From positions 103,492,265-103,556,264 of the forward strand of contig NC_090377.1 in NCBI RefSeq assembly GCF_036365525.1: a DNA stretch of 64,000 nucleotides, given 5' to 3'. The stretch comes from Heterodontus francisci (taxonomy: Eukaryota). The notes beneath the pieces are model-generated. The model did not search any database. It was not told the DNA's origin and saw only the letters and a program-made list of their open reading frames with translations. The position numbers were made by a program, and so were the translations under genes. Position 1 is the first letter of the stretch, and the number at the start of each line of letters is the position of its first letter. This document shows, one piece after another, positions 24,796-38,300 of the stretch.

Positions 24796-25875
24796 TGTCA
24801 TGTAGTGATTGATTGATTAGTCTGTCCATTGATCAGTATTCACTGTGTTTGATTGCTTAAGCCTATGGTTGGAGCTGAAGAGTTGAAACTGAAACCAAAA
24901 GATAGAGAGCTAAAATGTTTTACAAAACAGAGACTGTTCAGGAGAAGACATGTACCTTGTAAGAGGTACCTTGTAAGACCTTGTAAGAACTGAGATATTT
25001 TAAAGTCCTGTAAATAAACCAGTTGGTGGTTTAATAGTAGTGTGGTATCTGCATTGCTCTGAGATAAATCAGATGTACGTAATATATCCAGCAATCCGGC
25101 GTAAACATAACAAAAACGAGGCTACGAGGATGATTCCGCAGAGTTCATTGTTATCAACTCCAGAACCATTTGTTTCAATGGTGGGAAATCCTCCCATGTG
25201 CTAGGAGCGATGGATTTCAGGGTTCAAGATGTACTTGCTCACTACAAGGACAGACAGCCCAGATATAGAAGTGAACCAGAAGAAAATGATACTTGTACAT
25301 TGTCTAGGAGCAGAAGGCCAGTGTATATTCGAGCAGGTCACAGAAGATACCTCTAAGTTTGATACAGTGGTAAATGCTCTCAAAAAATACTTTGGGCCAG
25401 AGGAAAGTGTGATGAAAGAGCAATGCGCATTACGTCAGAGATCCCAGGGACTTGGTGAGCCCATTAAACAAAAGTGACAGCATTGCAGTGATTGGTGGCT
25501 ACATGTAAATTTGGCACACTAACCAATAAATTAATTTGTGACCAATTGATTGGAAAGACTTCAATTCCGCAAATTAGGGAATGTCTCCTCATGGAGGATG
25601 ATGATTTGACCTTGGAAAATGTCATCACCTGAGCAGTTCAGATTGAATCTGCCATGTTTTGAAGTGGTTACAAACACATGCACTCTTAGACTCACAGTTA
25701 CAGATACAGCTTGCCCAACCAGCTGCAGTGCAAGGGTTTGGGACAAGAAGAACTCAGCAACCTCATCAAATTGTGTCCCATTAAGGTAAGTTACCTTCAA
25801 AACTGTGCCGAAATTGTGGAAATGCTCATTGAGTCACAATGCCATGTCCAGCTCAAGGGAAAAAGTGTAATTCAA
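24796..25875 (+). mobile_element. Gypsy 5' LTR, PBS-like site and gag remnant
   Basis: TGTCATG...CATAACA LTR (24796-25112), then (T)GGCTACGAGG; gag KKMILVHCLGAEGQCIF...ALKKYFGP...LRQRSQGLGE; homologous in inverted orientation to 16.5-17.1 kb. Confidence 0.75.
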
Positions 25876-26858
25876 GGCCAAGTATGTTTTCCCCTCTTGT
25901 TGGTTCCCTCACCACCTGCCGCATACCCAGTCTAGCAGATATGTCCTTTAGGACTCGGCCAGCTCGGTCAGTAGTGGTGCTACCGAGCCACTCTTGGTGA
26001 TGGACATTGAAGTCCCCCACCCAGAGTACATTTTGTGCCCTCGCCACACTCAGTGCTTCCTCCAAGTGCTGTTCAACATGGAGGAGTATGACTCATCAGC
26101 TGAGGGAGGGCGGTAGGTGGTAATCAGCAGGAGGTTTCCTTGTCCATGTTTGACCTGATGCCATGAGACTTCATGGGGTCCAGAGTCGATGTTGAGGACT
26201 CCCAAGGCAACTACCTCCCTACTGTATACCACTGTGCCACCACCTCTGGTGGGTCTGCCCTGCTGGTGGGACAGGACATACCCGGGGATGGTGGTGGCAG
26301 TGTCTCGGACATTGTCTGTGAGGTATGATTCCGTGAGTATGACTATGTCAGGCTGTTGCTTGACTAGTCTGTGGGACAGCTCGCTCAACTGTGGCACAAG
26401 CCCCCAGATGTTAGTAAGGAGAACTTTGCAGGGTCGACAGGGCTGGGTTTGCCGTTGTCGTTTCCGGTGCCTAGGTCGATGCCGGGTGGTCCGTCCGGTT
26501 TCATTCCTTTTTATTGACTTCATAGCGGTTAGATACAAATGAGTGGCTTGCTAGGCCATTTCAGAGGGCATGTAAGAGTCAACCACATTGCTGTGGGTCT
26601 GGAGTCACGTGTCGGCCAGACCAGGTAAGGACAGCAGATTTCCTTCCCTAAAGAGCATTAGTGAACCAGATGGGTTTTTCCAACAATCGACAATGGTTTC
26701 ATGGCCATCATTAGATTAGCTTTTAATTCCAGATTTATTAATTGAATTCAAATTCCACCTTCTGCTGTGGTGGGATTTGAACCCATATCCCCAGAGCAAT
26801 ACCCTGGGTCTCTGGGTTACTAGTCCAGTGACAATACCACTACGCCACTGCCTCCCCC
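25876..26858 (-). mobile_element. LINE 5' portion: tRNA-like head followed by APE endonuclease ORF
   Basis: A box 26837-26847, B box 26773-26783; ORFs LLTNIWGL...DIVILTESYL...TIPGY...RGGG...TTYRPPS and WVGDFNVHH. Confidence 0.8.
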
Positions 26859-29740
26859 TGAATGATGGGGCCGTAATTGGCCGGGTTGGACTTGTCCTGC
26901 TTTTTGTGTATAGGACATGCCTGGGCAATTTTCCACATTGCTGGGTAAATGCCAGTCTTGCAGCTGTACTGGAACAGCTTGGCTAGGGGCCTGGCAAGTT
27001 TAGGAGCACAGGTCTTCAGTACTATTGCCGTAATGTTATCAGGGCCCACAGCCTTTGCAGTATCCCGTGCCTTCAGTCGTTTCTTGATATCATGCGGAAT
27101 GAATTGAATTGGCTGAAGACTGGCATCTGTGATGCTGAGGACTTCAGGAGGAGGCCGAGATGGATCATTAAGTTGACACTTCTGGCTGAAGATTGTTGCA
27201 AATGCTTCTGCCTTATCTTTTGCACTGATGTGCTGGGCTCCCCCATCATTGAGGATGGGGATATTTGTGGAGCCACCTATTCCAGTTAGTTGTTTAATTG
27301 ACCACCACCATTCACAACTGGCATCTCTGAAGCTGGGACTTCAGCTGCAGGCCAAGCAGGATCAATCACTAGGCACTTCTGGCTGATGATAGTTGTAAAT
27401 GCTCAAGCTTTCTCTTTTGCATTTACTTTCTCAGCTCCCTATCATTCAGAATGGGGATGTTCTTGGAGCCTCCTCCTCCTGTTAGCTGTTTAATTGTCTG
27501 CCACCATTCATGACTGGATGTGGCAGGGCTGCAGAGCATTGATTTGATCTGTTCATTGTGGAATCATTTAGCTCTCCCTATAGCATTTTGCTTCTGCTGT
27601 TCAGCATGCATGTAATCCTGTGTTGTAACTTCACCAGGTTGGCACCTCATTTTCAGATATGCCTGATGCTGCCCCTGGCATGTTCTCCGACACTATTCGA
27701 CAGTTACTTGGCTTGAGGGTACTGGTAGAATGAGGGATATGCTGGGCCAAGATGTTACAGATTGTGGTGAAATGCATATGTGCTGCTGCTGATGGCCCAA
27801 AGTGCTTCATGGATACCCAGTTTTGAGCTGCTAGATCTGTAATGAGTCTATCCCATTTGGCATGATGGTAGTGCCACACAACACAATGGAGGGTGTCCTC
27901 AGTGTGAAGATGGGACTTCATCTTGCCATGTGTACAAGAGGTGCGATGATGAAAAATGATGGACTAAAACAAAAAGTTATAAAAATTGGCTTTGTTTTTA
28001 CAAAATGGACCTTTATTTTAAAAAGTGAACAATGTGCTCCAAAATGGCCACCGAAGGTAAAAAACTTGACCTTAGCTTATTCAAATTGTCTGACAGGGAC
28101 AAAGGAAAATCTTCAAAGCTAAGAAGGGGTCAGTTGTACCCATCCCACACCCATCCTGAAATCTTCCTGAGTTGAATGGTTCTTCTGAAACAAAGAAGGT
28201 GTGAAGTGGAAACAGCATAAACCTGATTATTATCATCCTGAACCCATCAAAAGACACCATTGAATTGAATGGGGGGGGTTCTTCTAAAATAAAGAAGGAG
28301 TGGAGTGGCCACATCCTAGGCAATTGTCAGTCACTACAGGGAAGCAAATGCCTATCTCCCAGCAGAGGTGAAATGTCACGCAATTTTACCTTAAATGGGA
28401 GGTCTAGAGAGAGATAGACCAGAAAGAAGCATCCAAGAAGCTTTTCCAGCTAAGGGTCTGGGAGAATTTCAGCAAGCCAGAAGTGACATTCTCTGCTGTA
28501 GAATTCTACATCTGCACTTAAACAGCAGTGAATCAGAAGTGATCCACTGGCTTCAACTGAACTTTCAACCGAGAGAAGCCTACAAACACCACAGGCCTGC
28601 AACCAATGCGGGCTTGACTTCCGAGAGAACTCAACAAGTTTACCGTGACCCTTGAAACCTAGCCCCACTTACCATCGCTTACCCCTTTTCCTCTCTATCT
28701 GTCTCTACTTATGTGTGTGCGCATGAACGAATGTGTGAGTGGATGCAGTTGGGAGAATTTCGGGTTAAGACATATGTTGTGTGATTTCCTTTAAGAGTAA
28801 TGTACCTTTAAGATCTTAGTATGCTAATGAGCCAAGTGCCAGAATGTAGTCATTTGGCAACATGCCAGTTTCTGCTCCTGTAACACCAAGAGGCAAGGTC
28901 CTGTAATAGTTGGCTCTGTACTGTATATATTAGCTGCTTCATAAACCTGTTTTGAGATCTTCAAACAACCTGAACTCCACGTATATTTACGCTGCATCAG
29001 ACAACATCAAAAAAGATTCTCACTGCAGCGTATTGATCGATAAGTAAATGATTTCCTGTTTTAACCCCACAAGAAAACCAGTAGCTGGCTTTTTTTGACA
29101 AATAAAACACAAAGGGATAAACCCAAATAAAGGGATAAACCCCCAGTCAGCTGGGGGTGGAACAGTAACCATACCGATCTCCACAAGGAGATTGGTGGTC
29201 ACTCCTACCAATGCTGTTGTGGACAGATGCATCTGCGACAGGTATATTGGTGAGGATGAGGCTGTAGTGTTGTTCTGTGTTCTTAAGTCTTCATTAAATT
29301 ATAATTGTAGGCTTTTTATTCAGATTCAACACAAACACTATTTATTGTCTTACTCATCTATATTGCATGAACTCAGGTCCAGGTCTTTTAATCATGTGTG
29401 TGTGTGTGTGCTCTCTGCAAACCATGTGTTGAATGTGCCTCTCAAAATGATGGCTCCTGCATTTGTGGGCTGATCTCTTAAAGGTGTGGTTTTCTTAAAG
29501 GTGAAGTCCTCATTACAGTGCATTACAGAGGACAAGTACATTTTTTTCTTTATGTTGCCACAAGTCCAGTCTGCCAGATATGTCATTTGGACTCAGCCAG
29601 CTTACTCAGTACTGATGGACATAAGTCCTCCACCTAAAGTACATTCTGTGCCCTTGCAACCCCACAGTGTCTTTTCCAAGTTATGTTCAGCATGGAGGAG
29701 TACTAATTCATCTGTTGAGAGAAGGCCATAAGTGGTAGAT
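26859..29740 (-). mobile_element. Fragments of APE-type LINE (linker/RT start, APE C-terminus) with nested LTRs
   Basis: GPDNITAIVLKTCAP...KLFQYS...WKIAQACPIHKKQDKSNPANY; KSHLHTEDTLHCVVWHYHHAKWD; LTR-like inserts ~27925-29170 and ~29263-29560. Confidence 0.75.
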
Positions 29741-30786
29741 AGTCACTGCTAATAAAGAAAGAAAGATTTGCATTTATATAGCAGCTTTCACACTCTCAGG
29801 ATGTCTTAAGGCTCTTCAGATGTGTAATATAAGAAATAGATATATAGACTCACAGCAGAAATAGATAATTTTCTTTAAAAAAAACTGCTTGAGATATTTT
29901 TGTCATGTGATATGCTTCCTAGTGTGTTTTTCATTTGATGTGTCACATTCTCTTGACACATTCACTGTGTGGTTGCTCCTGCCCCACTTCCCCTAGGCCA
30001 CAAGACCAAACATCCTCTGACGATCTCCCCTGCTCTGGTCCTGATCTTGCATCTTTCTCTAATTTCTCTCCTATCACCCCTCATGCCTTCTCCAAGCTCT
30101 TCTTGTCCATGGGAACCATCTCCTGATCCCTTGATCCTATTCTCACTAAATTGCTGAGCACCAGACTTCCCTTCTTGGCTCCTATGTTAGCTGATATTCT
30201 TAATGGTTCTCTCTCATTGGATTTTGTCTTCCTTTCCTTTGTATCTGTCTTTATCAACCCTGTGTTCAAGAAAACCTCAGATGAGGCAGTGTTGCAGGTG
30301 GGGACTATGTATGTTGCAAATTCCTATTTTTCAGTCGACAAATGCACTGGTGGAGCACTGGAGACTGATAGGCCAAGGGAATTGAATCATCACAGCCTCC
30401 GGAAGTGGAAGTATTCCTTATCGGAGGACATTCAGGCCAAGAATAGGTGCCTAAAGGCCCCATACAAATGACATAATCTATTGAGTGCACAAACTCCAGC
30501 AACACCAGCAGTGGATGGTGCTATTGGCCCATTCACAGCTTTTCTGGCAGTCTCATGGCCCACACATTTTCTGCTTCTCTATTTATTCACTTTAATGATA
30601 ATCATATAGCTGAAATCATTGTGGTAAAATATTCTGCATGAGACTACCAGATACAAGCACTGTTTTGGACAATTTGTATGAGGATTCAAAAATAAATCAA
30701 TTGAACAAGAAGACAATGTAATAGAGAGTATTTTATTATGTTCATAAATAATTCAACAAAATCAGGTCATGTGTTACAATGACAGA

Positions 30787-32394
30787 CTAGAAATCCCTCA
30801 TACATCTGAAAGACCCGATAGTTGAGTTGTAGCCGCCCCAGTCACTGAATCTCCTGTATTCACCGGGTCTCATGAAGTACTGTCGGCCTCTGTAGTTGGG
30901 ATGTTCATAGAAGATCCAGTAACCGTCCATCACATGGCTGGAGTGAATGTCACGGTAACGGAAACTATCATCGACGGATGGACAGTCATCCTGGAATTCC
31001 ATCATCTGTCCTCCAAAGTCAGGTCTCTCGTAAATCTTCATTCTGTAGGAGCCTCCCCTGTACTGTAATAGAAATGAAATGACATTAGTGATAAAACTAC
31101 AAATATACATTTGGTATATGTAGACAAAGAGAAACTTGGTAAAGGAAGGAATCTAATGGGGCCCAATGATGACATCAACAATGAGAGCAAAGCTGAGATG
31201 ATTTATTCACATCGATTCAATAGGTTAATTATGTTTGAGACTTGTTAACAGCAAGCAGCTTTGGCAATTTTATACTAAATCAGTGAATTATCTATAAGAG
31301 TGTACATTGGACTGATATTAGTTGGTGCATGCAGGTGGAGGTTTAGCAATATCAATAAAAATCTAAATGTTATTCTAGTTCCCACTGTGATGAGGTTCCT
31401 TCTCTGTGTGGAGCAGCTTTATCTTTCCTACAATTAAAGTAAGACGAATGGGGTGGGTGCAAACATGTCTGTCAGCACGTTGTAGCCAGTCATAGAGTCA
31501 TTCAGCCCATCAAGTCCATGCTGGCTCTCTACAGAGCTATCTAGTCAGTATCACACCCCCATTCGATCCACACCTTAGTCTAGCTGCAGATGAATTTATT
31601 ACTTCCTACACTGTCAATGCTCCAATTTGGCTTTTGGTTCTGAATATCTGATTAATTATGAACAAATGCATCCAATTATATCTCAGATATTCAGGACTTT
31701 GCAATAGGCGACCATCGTACGACACTTAGAACTTCTTTCCCAGTTGATGCAATTATTGACTTAAGAACCAACCTGCATAAATTAACTGCAGGTACAAAAT
31801 TACAAGGGCTGATAGTAATTTCTGGCAGTGCCACAAATGGGTGGTAGTGGATCAGTAAATCAGGCAGGATGTGTGACAGGCAGACAATCCACTACCTGTT
31901 AATCACCACCGCTGAAAGTTAAAATCAGTCCTGTGGAAACAGCTGATGACTCTTCAGTGCTGATGCACAGAAACTCAAATGTCACTGATCATTTTCTAAG
32001 TGTCACTTTGGGTAGAACATCTAAGCCACCAAAGGTAACTCACATATGGGTAGGTGCGACATGACCTGATGCTGTCATTGAATCCCATCCAGCGCTGGTA
32101 GTCAGGATATTCGCCCCTGCTCAGAACATACTGGTATCCCATGTAATTGGGTCTCTCATACACCACCCACCAGTCACTGTCAACACGGATGGAGTTACAG
32201 CGGCTGAAGAAAGAGTGCAGGTCAGCACAGTCAGTACTGCACTCATAGTGCCGACCCTGGAAGTTCCTGTCCTCGTAAAAGATAATCTGTGGAAAGACAT
32301 AGGTTTGTAAATTCATAATTTCTCAAACTTGGCAATACTGGATGAAGAATTCCAATACAATATATAAACTCTGTGTTTTCCTTACCTTTCCCAT
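30787..32394 (-). CDS. Gamma-crystallin gene 2, 175 aa
   Basis: Exons 32386-32394, 32044-32286, 30787-31062; intact splice sites and frame. Confidence 0.96.
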
Positions 32395-33246
32395 TTTGAG
32401 ATCACAGTTAGCTTGTAACTAGCTGAATGTTTCATTGCTTCACACATCTTGGTATTTATATGTTGGGTAAAATGGCTTTGCTGAGCTCTTCTTTTGTTAT
32501 TTTAATGATTGCAATGGTTTGAAATCAGCATAAAAGCAGCAAAACACATGACATATACACTCATTGTAAAGAAAATGAATTTAAGGCACCTATGTCCCAT
32601 TGATTGCATTTTGCCTTCATGTCTTTTTAATTGTGTGACAATACATTGGAAGCCATTGTGCTCCCTACACTCTGCTTCCACTGAAATTCTCAAACAGTTG
32701 TCATTGCACATTCAACCAGGTATTTTTCCAGCATTTCAGTGTCATGGCTGAAGTTTACTCCAAAACTGGTCAAAATGCAGATGTACATATCCAGAACAAG
32801 TTGCTTTCTACATAATCGACAGAAGTATAACTGTCTGTGTATTTAGATTTGAGAATGTGCTTCAAAGTTCATAATCTTTTATCACTGCATGTATTTATTT
32901 GGTGACATTGCCACTGCAATTTTGAGGGTGGTATTTATTAACACCGGTCACAGCCCATTCACGGTTTCATATTTTAATCAGCGATATTTTGTTATGTACT
33001 ACCTTTCACTTTGTTATAAATTTCAGTTTTGCTGAAGTCATATCAGAACAGTAAAGAGGATAATAGAAAGGCAGATGGTCGTGTAATCAAAATAATTTGT
33101 AGAATGTGCATACTGGGGGAGGGTAGTTGGATTCTTTAGTGGGTACTAAATAAAAAGGAGAAAAGAGACTCTGGGATGACCCTGTTCAAGGGATACAAAT
33201 CAATTGCAATCTAATACATTTTTGACATAATCACAAATATGCTTAC

Positions 33247-34165
33247 TGTCATGAAGATCCCCACCTGCCAAGAATGAGGCATATTAATTTCATCATCTGA
33301 ACATTAATTTTTAAACTGTTGCTGGAGTGAAGAAATTACTTTTTAAAAAGCGATAACCAGACACTTGGCTGGAGGACATTTGCATACTAAGAGACAGTGC
33401 TTCGAGATATAAAAAAATGCTCACTGTTTCAATTAACAGAGATTGGGCTGGGTAATGATGATCCACATCTTGTCAGGGTAAGAGACAGCACTACACCCCC
33501 CAAACAAGAGCTTTGGAATCCACAAAGGCAAGAGTGGTTATGATCGCTGGTCACATGACTAACCGGCTGGTCCAGGCAGTTTGAACTAGACACAGGGCAG
33601 TTTGAATTCAGACTGCAGATTGCAACTGAACCTGGAACAAGAGTGCTTCTCTCTTGGCTGGCTCTCTCTCGCTTTCTCACAAGCCTCCAGACACACTGAA
33701 AACACATAAACCTCAAGAGAGAAAAGACTCCGCCATCGAAACAAGTTAAAGCATGCACTGGGCCCCAACGACCAGCAAGACTTACCGGCAACCAAAGTCT
33801 TCACATTGAACTCAAAAGACCATAAATAACTACCAGATATTGCCTCAAATGTTTCCCATTTATTCCTTCTACTTTTTCTGTCTCTATCTGCGTGTGTGTT
33901 TATCGCGTATGCATGCGAGCGTGGTCGCATTGTGTATTCGTAGCCATTACCCAAATTAGTGTTTAAGATTAATAACTTCCATCTTTCTTGTCTAAATCTT
34001 ATAAAACCTGTCTGATTTATTTGCCTTACAATTGGGAAACAGTGAACAAGGAGTCACTGAAGGGGAGTTAAAATACGATGTTTTTAAAATTAAATCTTGT
34101 CACAGTGAGACCAGGCAAAGGATGAGAGGGAACACCTGGACCCCCATCTCAACTGGTCATAAACA
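33247..34165 (+). mobile_element. Solo LTR (unit copy 2)
   Basis: Duplicate of 23748-24668. Confidence 0.62.
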
Positions 34166-34304
34166 AAAATAGAATAAAAGCAAAGATCCCAGTGACTGGG
34201 AAAGATACAAAGAACAGCAAAGGATGACAAACCAGACAGTAAGTGCTACAAAAAATAAGCATGAAAAGAAACTTGTAAGGGATATCAAGATCAAAACAAA
34301 AATG

Positions 34305-35388
34305 TGTCATGTAGTGATTGATTGATTAGTCTGTCCATTGATCAGTATTCACTGTGTTTGATTGCTTAAGCCTATGGTTGGAGCTGAAGAGTTGAAACTG
34401 AAACCAAAAGATAGAGAGCTAAAATGTTTTACAAAACAGAGACTGTTCAGGAGAAGACATGTACCTTGTAAGAGGTACCTTGTAAGACCTTGTAAGAACT
34501 GAGATATTTTAAAGTCCTGTAAATAAACCAGTTGGTGGTTTAATAGTAGTGTGGTATCTGCATTGCTCTGAGATAAATCAGATGTACGTAATATATTCAA
34601 CAATCCGGCGTAGACATAACAAAAATGTGGCTACGAGGATGATTCCGCAGAGTTCATTGTTATCAACTCCAGAACCATTTGTTTCAATGGTGGGAAATAC
34701 TCCCATGTGCTAGGAGCGATGGATTTCAGGGTTCAAGATCTACTTGCTCACTACAAGGACAGACAGCCCAGATATAGAAGTGAACCATAAGAAAACGATA
34801 CTTATACATTGTCTAGGAGCAGAAGGCCAGTGTATATTCGAGCAGGTCACAGAAGATACCTCTAAGTTTGATACAGTGGTAAATGCTCTCAAAAAATACT
34901 TTGGGCCAGAGGAAAGTGTGATGAAAGAGCAATGCGCATTACGTCAGAGATCCCAGGGACTTGGTGAGCCCATTAAACAAAAGTGACAGCATTGCAGTGA
35001 TTGGTGGCTACATGTAAATTTGGCACACTAACCAATAAATTAATTTGTGACCAATTGATTGGAAAGACTTCAATTCCGCGAATTAGGGAATGTCTCCTCA
35101 TGGAGGATGATGATTTGACCTTGGAAAATGTCATCACCTGAGCAGTCCAGATTGAATCTGCCATGTTAGTTTTGAAGTGGTTACAAACACATGCACTCTT
35201 AGACTCACAGTTACAGATACAGCTTGCCCAACCAGCTGCAGTGCAAGGGTTAGGGACAAGAAGAACTCAGCAACCTCATCAAATTGTGTCCCATTAAGGT
35301 AAGTTACCTTCAAAACTGTGCCGAAATTATGGAAATGCTCATTGAGTCACAATGCCATGTCCAGCTCAAGGGAAAAAGTGTAATTCAA
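34305..35388 (+). mobile_element. Gypsy LTR plus gag remnant (unit copy 2)
   Basis: Duplicate of 24796-25875; ORF 34744-34986. Confidence 0.72.
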
Positions 35389-38300
35389 GGCCAAGTATGT
35401 TTTCCCCTCTTGTTGGTTCCCTCACCACCTGCCGCATACCCAGTCTAGCAGATATGTCCTTTAGGACTCGGCCAGCTCGGTCAGTAGTGGTGCCACCGAG
35501 CCACTCTTGGTGATGGACATTGAAGTCCCCCACCCAGAGTACATTTTGTGCCCTCGCCACACTCAGTGCTTCCTCCAAGTGCTGTTCAACATGGAGGAGT
35601 ATGACTCATCAGCTGAGGGAGGGCGGTAGGTGGTAATCAGCAGGAGGTTTCCTTGTCCATGTTTGACCTGATGCCATGAGACTTCATGGGGTCCAGAGTC
35701 GATGTTGAGGACTCCCAAGGCAACTACCTCCCTACTGTATACCACTGTGCCACCACCTCTGGTGGGTCTGTCCTGCCGGTGGGACAGGACATACCCAGGG
35801 ATGGTGATGGCTGTGTCTGGGACATTGTCTGTGAGGTATGATTCCGTGAGTATGACTATGTCAGGCTGTTGCTTGACTAGTCTGTGGGACAGCTCGCTCA
35901 ACTGTGGCACAAGCCCCCAGATGTTAGTAAGGAGAACTTTGCAGGGTCGACAGGGCTGGGTTTGCCGTTGTCGTTTCCGGTGCCTAGGTCGATGCCGGGT
36001 GGTCCGTCCGGTTTCATTCCTTTTTATTGACTTCGTAGCGGTTAGGTACAAATGAGTGGCTTGCTAGGCCATTTCAGAGGGCATGTAAGAGTCAACCACA
36101 TTGCTGTGGGTCTGGAGTCACGTGTCGGCCAGACCAGGTAAGGACAGAAGATTTCCTTCCCTAAAGAACATTAGTGAACCAGATGGGTTTTTCCAACAAT
36201 CGACAATGGTTTCATGGCCATCATTAGACTAGATTTTAATTCCAGATTTATTAATTGAATTCAAATTCCACCTTCTGCTGTGTCCCCAGAGCAATACCCT
36301 GGGTCTCTGGGTTACTAGTCCAGTGACAATACCACTACGCCACTGCCTCCCCCTGAATGATGGGGCCGTAATTGGCCGGGTTGGACTTGTCCTGCTTTTT
36401 GTGTATAGGACATGCCTGGGCAATTTTTCACATTGCTGGGTAAATGCCAGTCTTGCAGCTGTACTGGAACAGCTTGGCTAGGGGCCTGGCAAGTTTAGGA
36501 GCACAGGTCTTCAGTACTATTGCCGTAATGTTATCAGGGCCCATAGCCTTTGCAGTATCCCGTGCCTTCAGTCGTTTCTTGATATCATGCGGAATGAATT
36601 GAATTGGCTGAAGACTGGCATCTGTGATGCTGAGGACTTCAGGAGGAGGCCGAGATGGATCATTAAGTTGACACTTCTGGCTGAAGATTGTTGCAAATGC
36701 TTCTGCCTTATCTTTTGCACTGATGTGCTGGGCTCCCCCATCATTGAGGATGGGGATATTTGTGGAGCCACCTATTCCAGTTAGTTGTTTAATTGACCAC
36801 CACCATTCACAACTGGCATCTCTGAAGCTGGGACTTCAGCTGCAGGCCAAGAAGGATCATTCACTAGGCACTTCTGGCTGATGATAGTTGTAAATGCTCA
36901 AGCTTTCTCTTTTGCATTTACTTTCTCAGCTCCCTATCATTCAGAATGGGGATGTTCTTGGAGCCTCCTCCTCCTGTTAGCTGTTTAATTGTCTGCCACC
37001 ATTCATGACTGGATGTGGCAGGGCTGCAGAGCATTGATTTGATCTGTTCATTGTGGAATCATTTAGCTCTCCCTATAGCATTTTGCTTCTGCTGTTCAGC
37101 ATGCATGTAATCCTGTGTTGTAACTTCACCAGGTTGGCACCTCATTTTCAGATATGCCTGATGCTGCCCCTGGCATGTTCTCCTACACTACACGACAGTT
37201 ACTTGGCTTGAGGGTACTGGTAGAATGAGGGATATGCTGGGCCAAGATGTTACAGATTGTGGTGAAATGCATATGTGCTGCTGCTGATGGCCCAAAGTGC
37301 TTCATGGATACCCAGTTTTGAGCTGCTAGATCTGTAATGAGTCTATCCCATTTGGCATGATGGTAGTGCCACACAACACAATGGAGGGTGTCCTCAGTGT
37401 GAAGATGGGACTTCATCTTGCCATGTGTACAAGAGGTGCGATGATGAAAAATGATGGACTAAAACAAAAAGTTATAAAAATTGGCTTTGTTTTTACAAAA
37501 TGGACCTTTATTTTAAAAAGTGAACAATGTGCTCCAAAATGGCCACCGAAGGTAAAAAACTTGACCTTAGCTTATTCAAATTGTCTGACAGGGACAAAGG
37601 AAAATCTTCAAAGCTAAGAAGGGGTCAGTTGTACCCATCCCACACCCATCCTGAAATCTTCCTGAGTTGAATGGTTCTTCTGAAACAAAGAAGGTGTGAA
37701 GTGGAAACAGCATAAACCTGATTATTATCATCCTGAACCCATCAAAAGACACCATTGAATTGAATGGGGGGGGTTCTTCTAAAATAAAGAAGGAGTGGAG
37801 TGGCCACATCCTAGGCAATTGTCAGTCACTACAGGGAAGCAAATGCCTATCTCCCAGCAGAGGTGAAATGTAACGCAATTTTACCTTAAATGGGAGGTCG
37901 AGAGAGAGATAGACCAGAAAGAAGCATCCAAGAAGCTTTTCCAGCTAAGGGTCTGGGAGAATTTCAGCAAGCCAGAAGTGACATTCTCTGCTGTAGAATT
38001 CTACATCTGCACTTAAACAGCAGTGAATCAGAAGTGATCCACTGGCTTCAACTGAACTTTCAACCGAGAGAAGCCTACAAACACCACAGGCCTGCAACCA
38101 ATGCGAGCTTGACTTCCGAGAGAACTCAACAAGTTTACCGTGACCCTTGAAACCTAGCCCCACTTACCATCGCTTACCCCTTTTCCTCTCTATCTGTCTC
38201 TACTGATGTGTGTGCGCATGAACGAATGTGTGAGTGGATGCAGTTGGGAGAATTTCGGGTTAAGACATATGTTGTGTGATTTCCTTTAAGAGTAATGTAC

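Noticed and set aside
24950-24990. Short tandem ACCTTGTAAG repeats as a CRISPR-like array
   Set aside because: Three near-adjacent 10-mers inside an LTR with no unique spacers; eukaryotic context.
26770-26858. tRNA gene (also 17358-17430)
   Set aside because: A/B boxes are present but embedded in retroposon bodies without an evident full cloverleaf or terminator.
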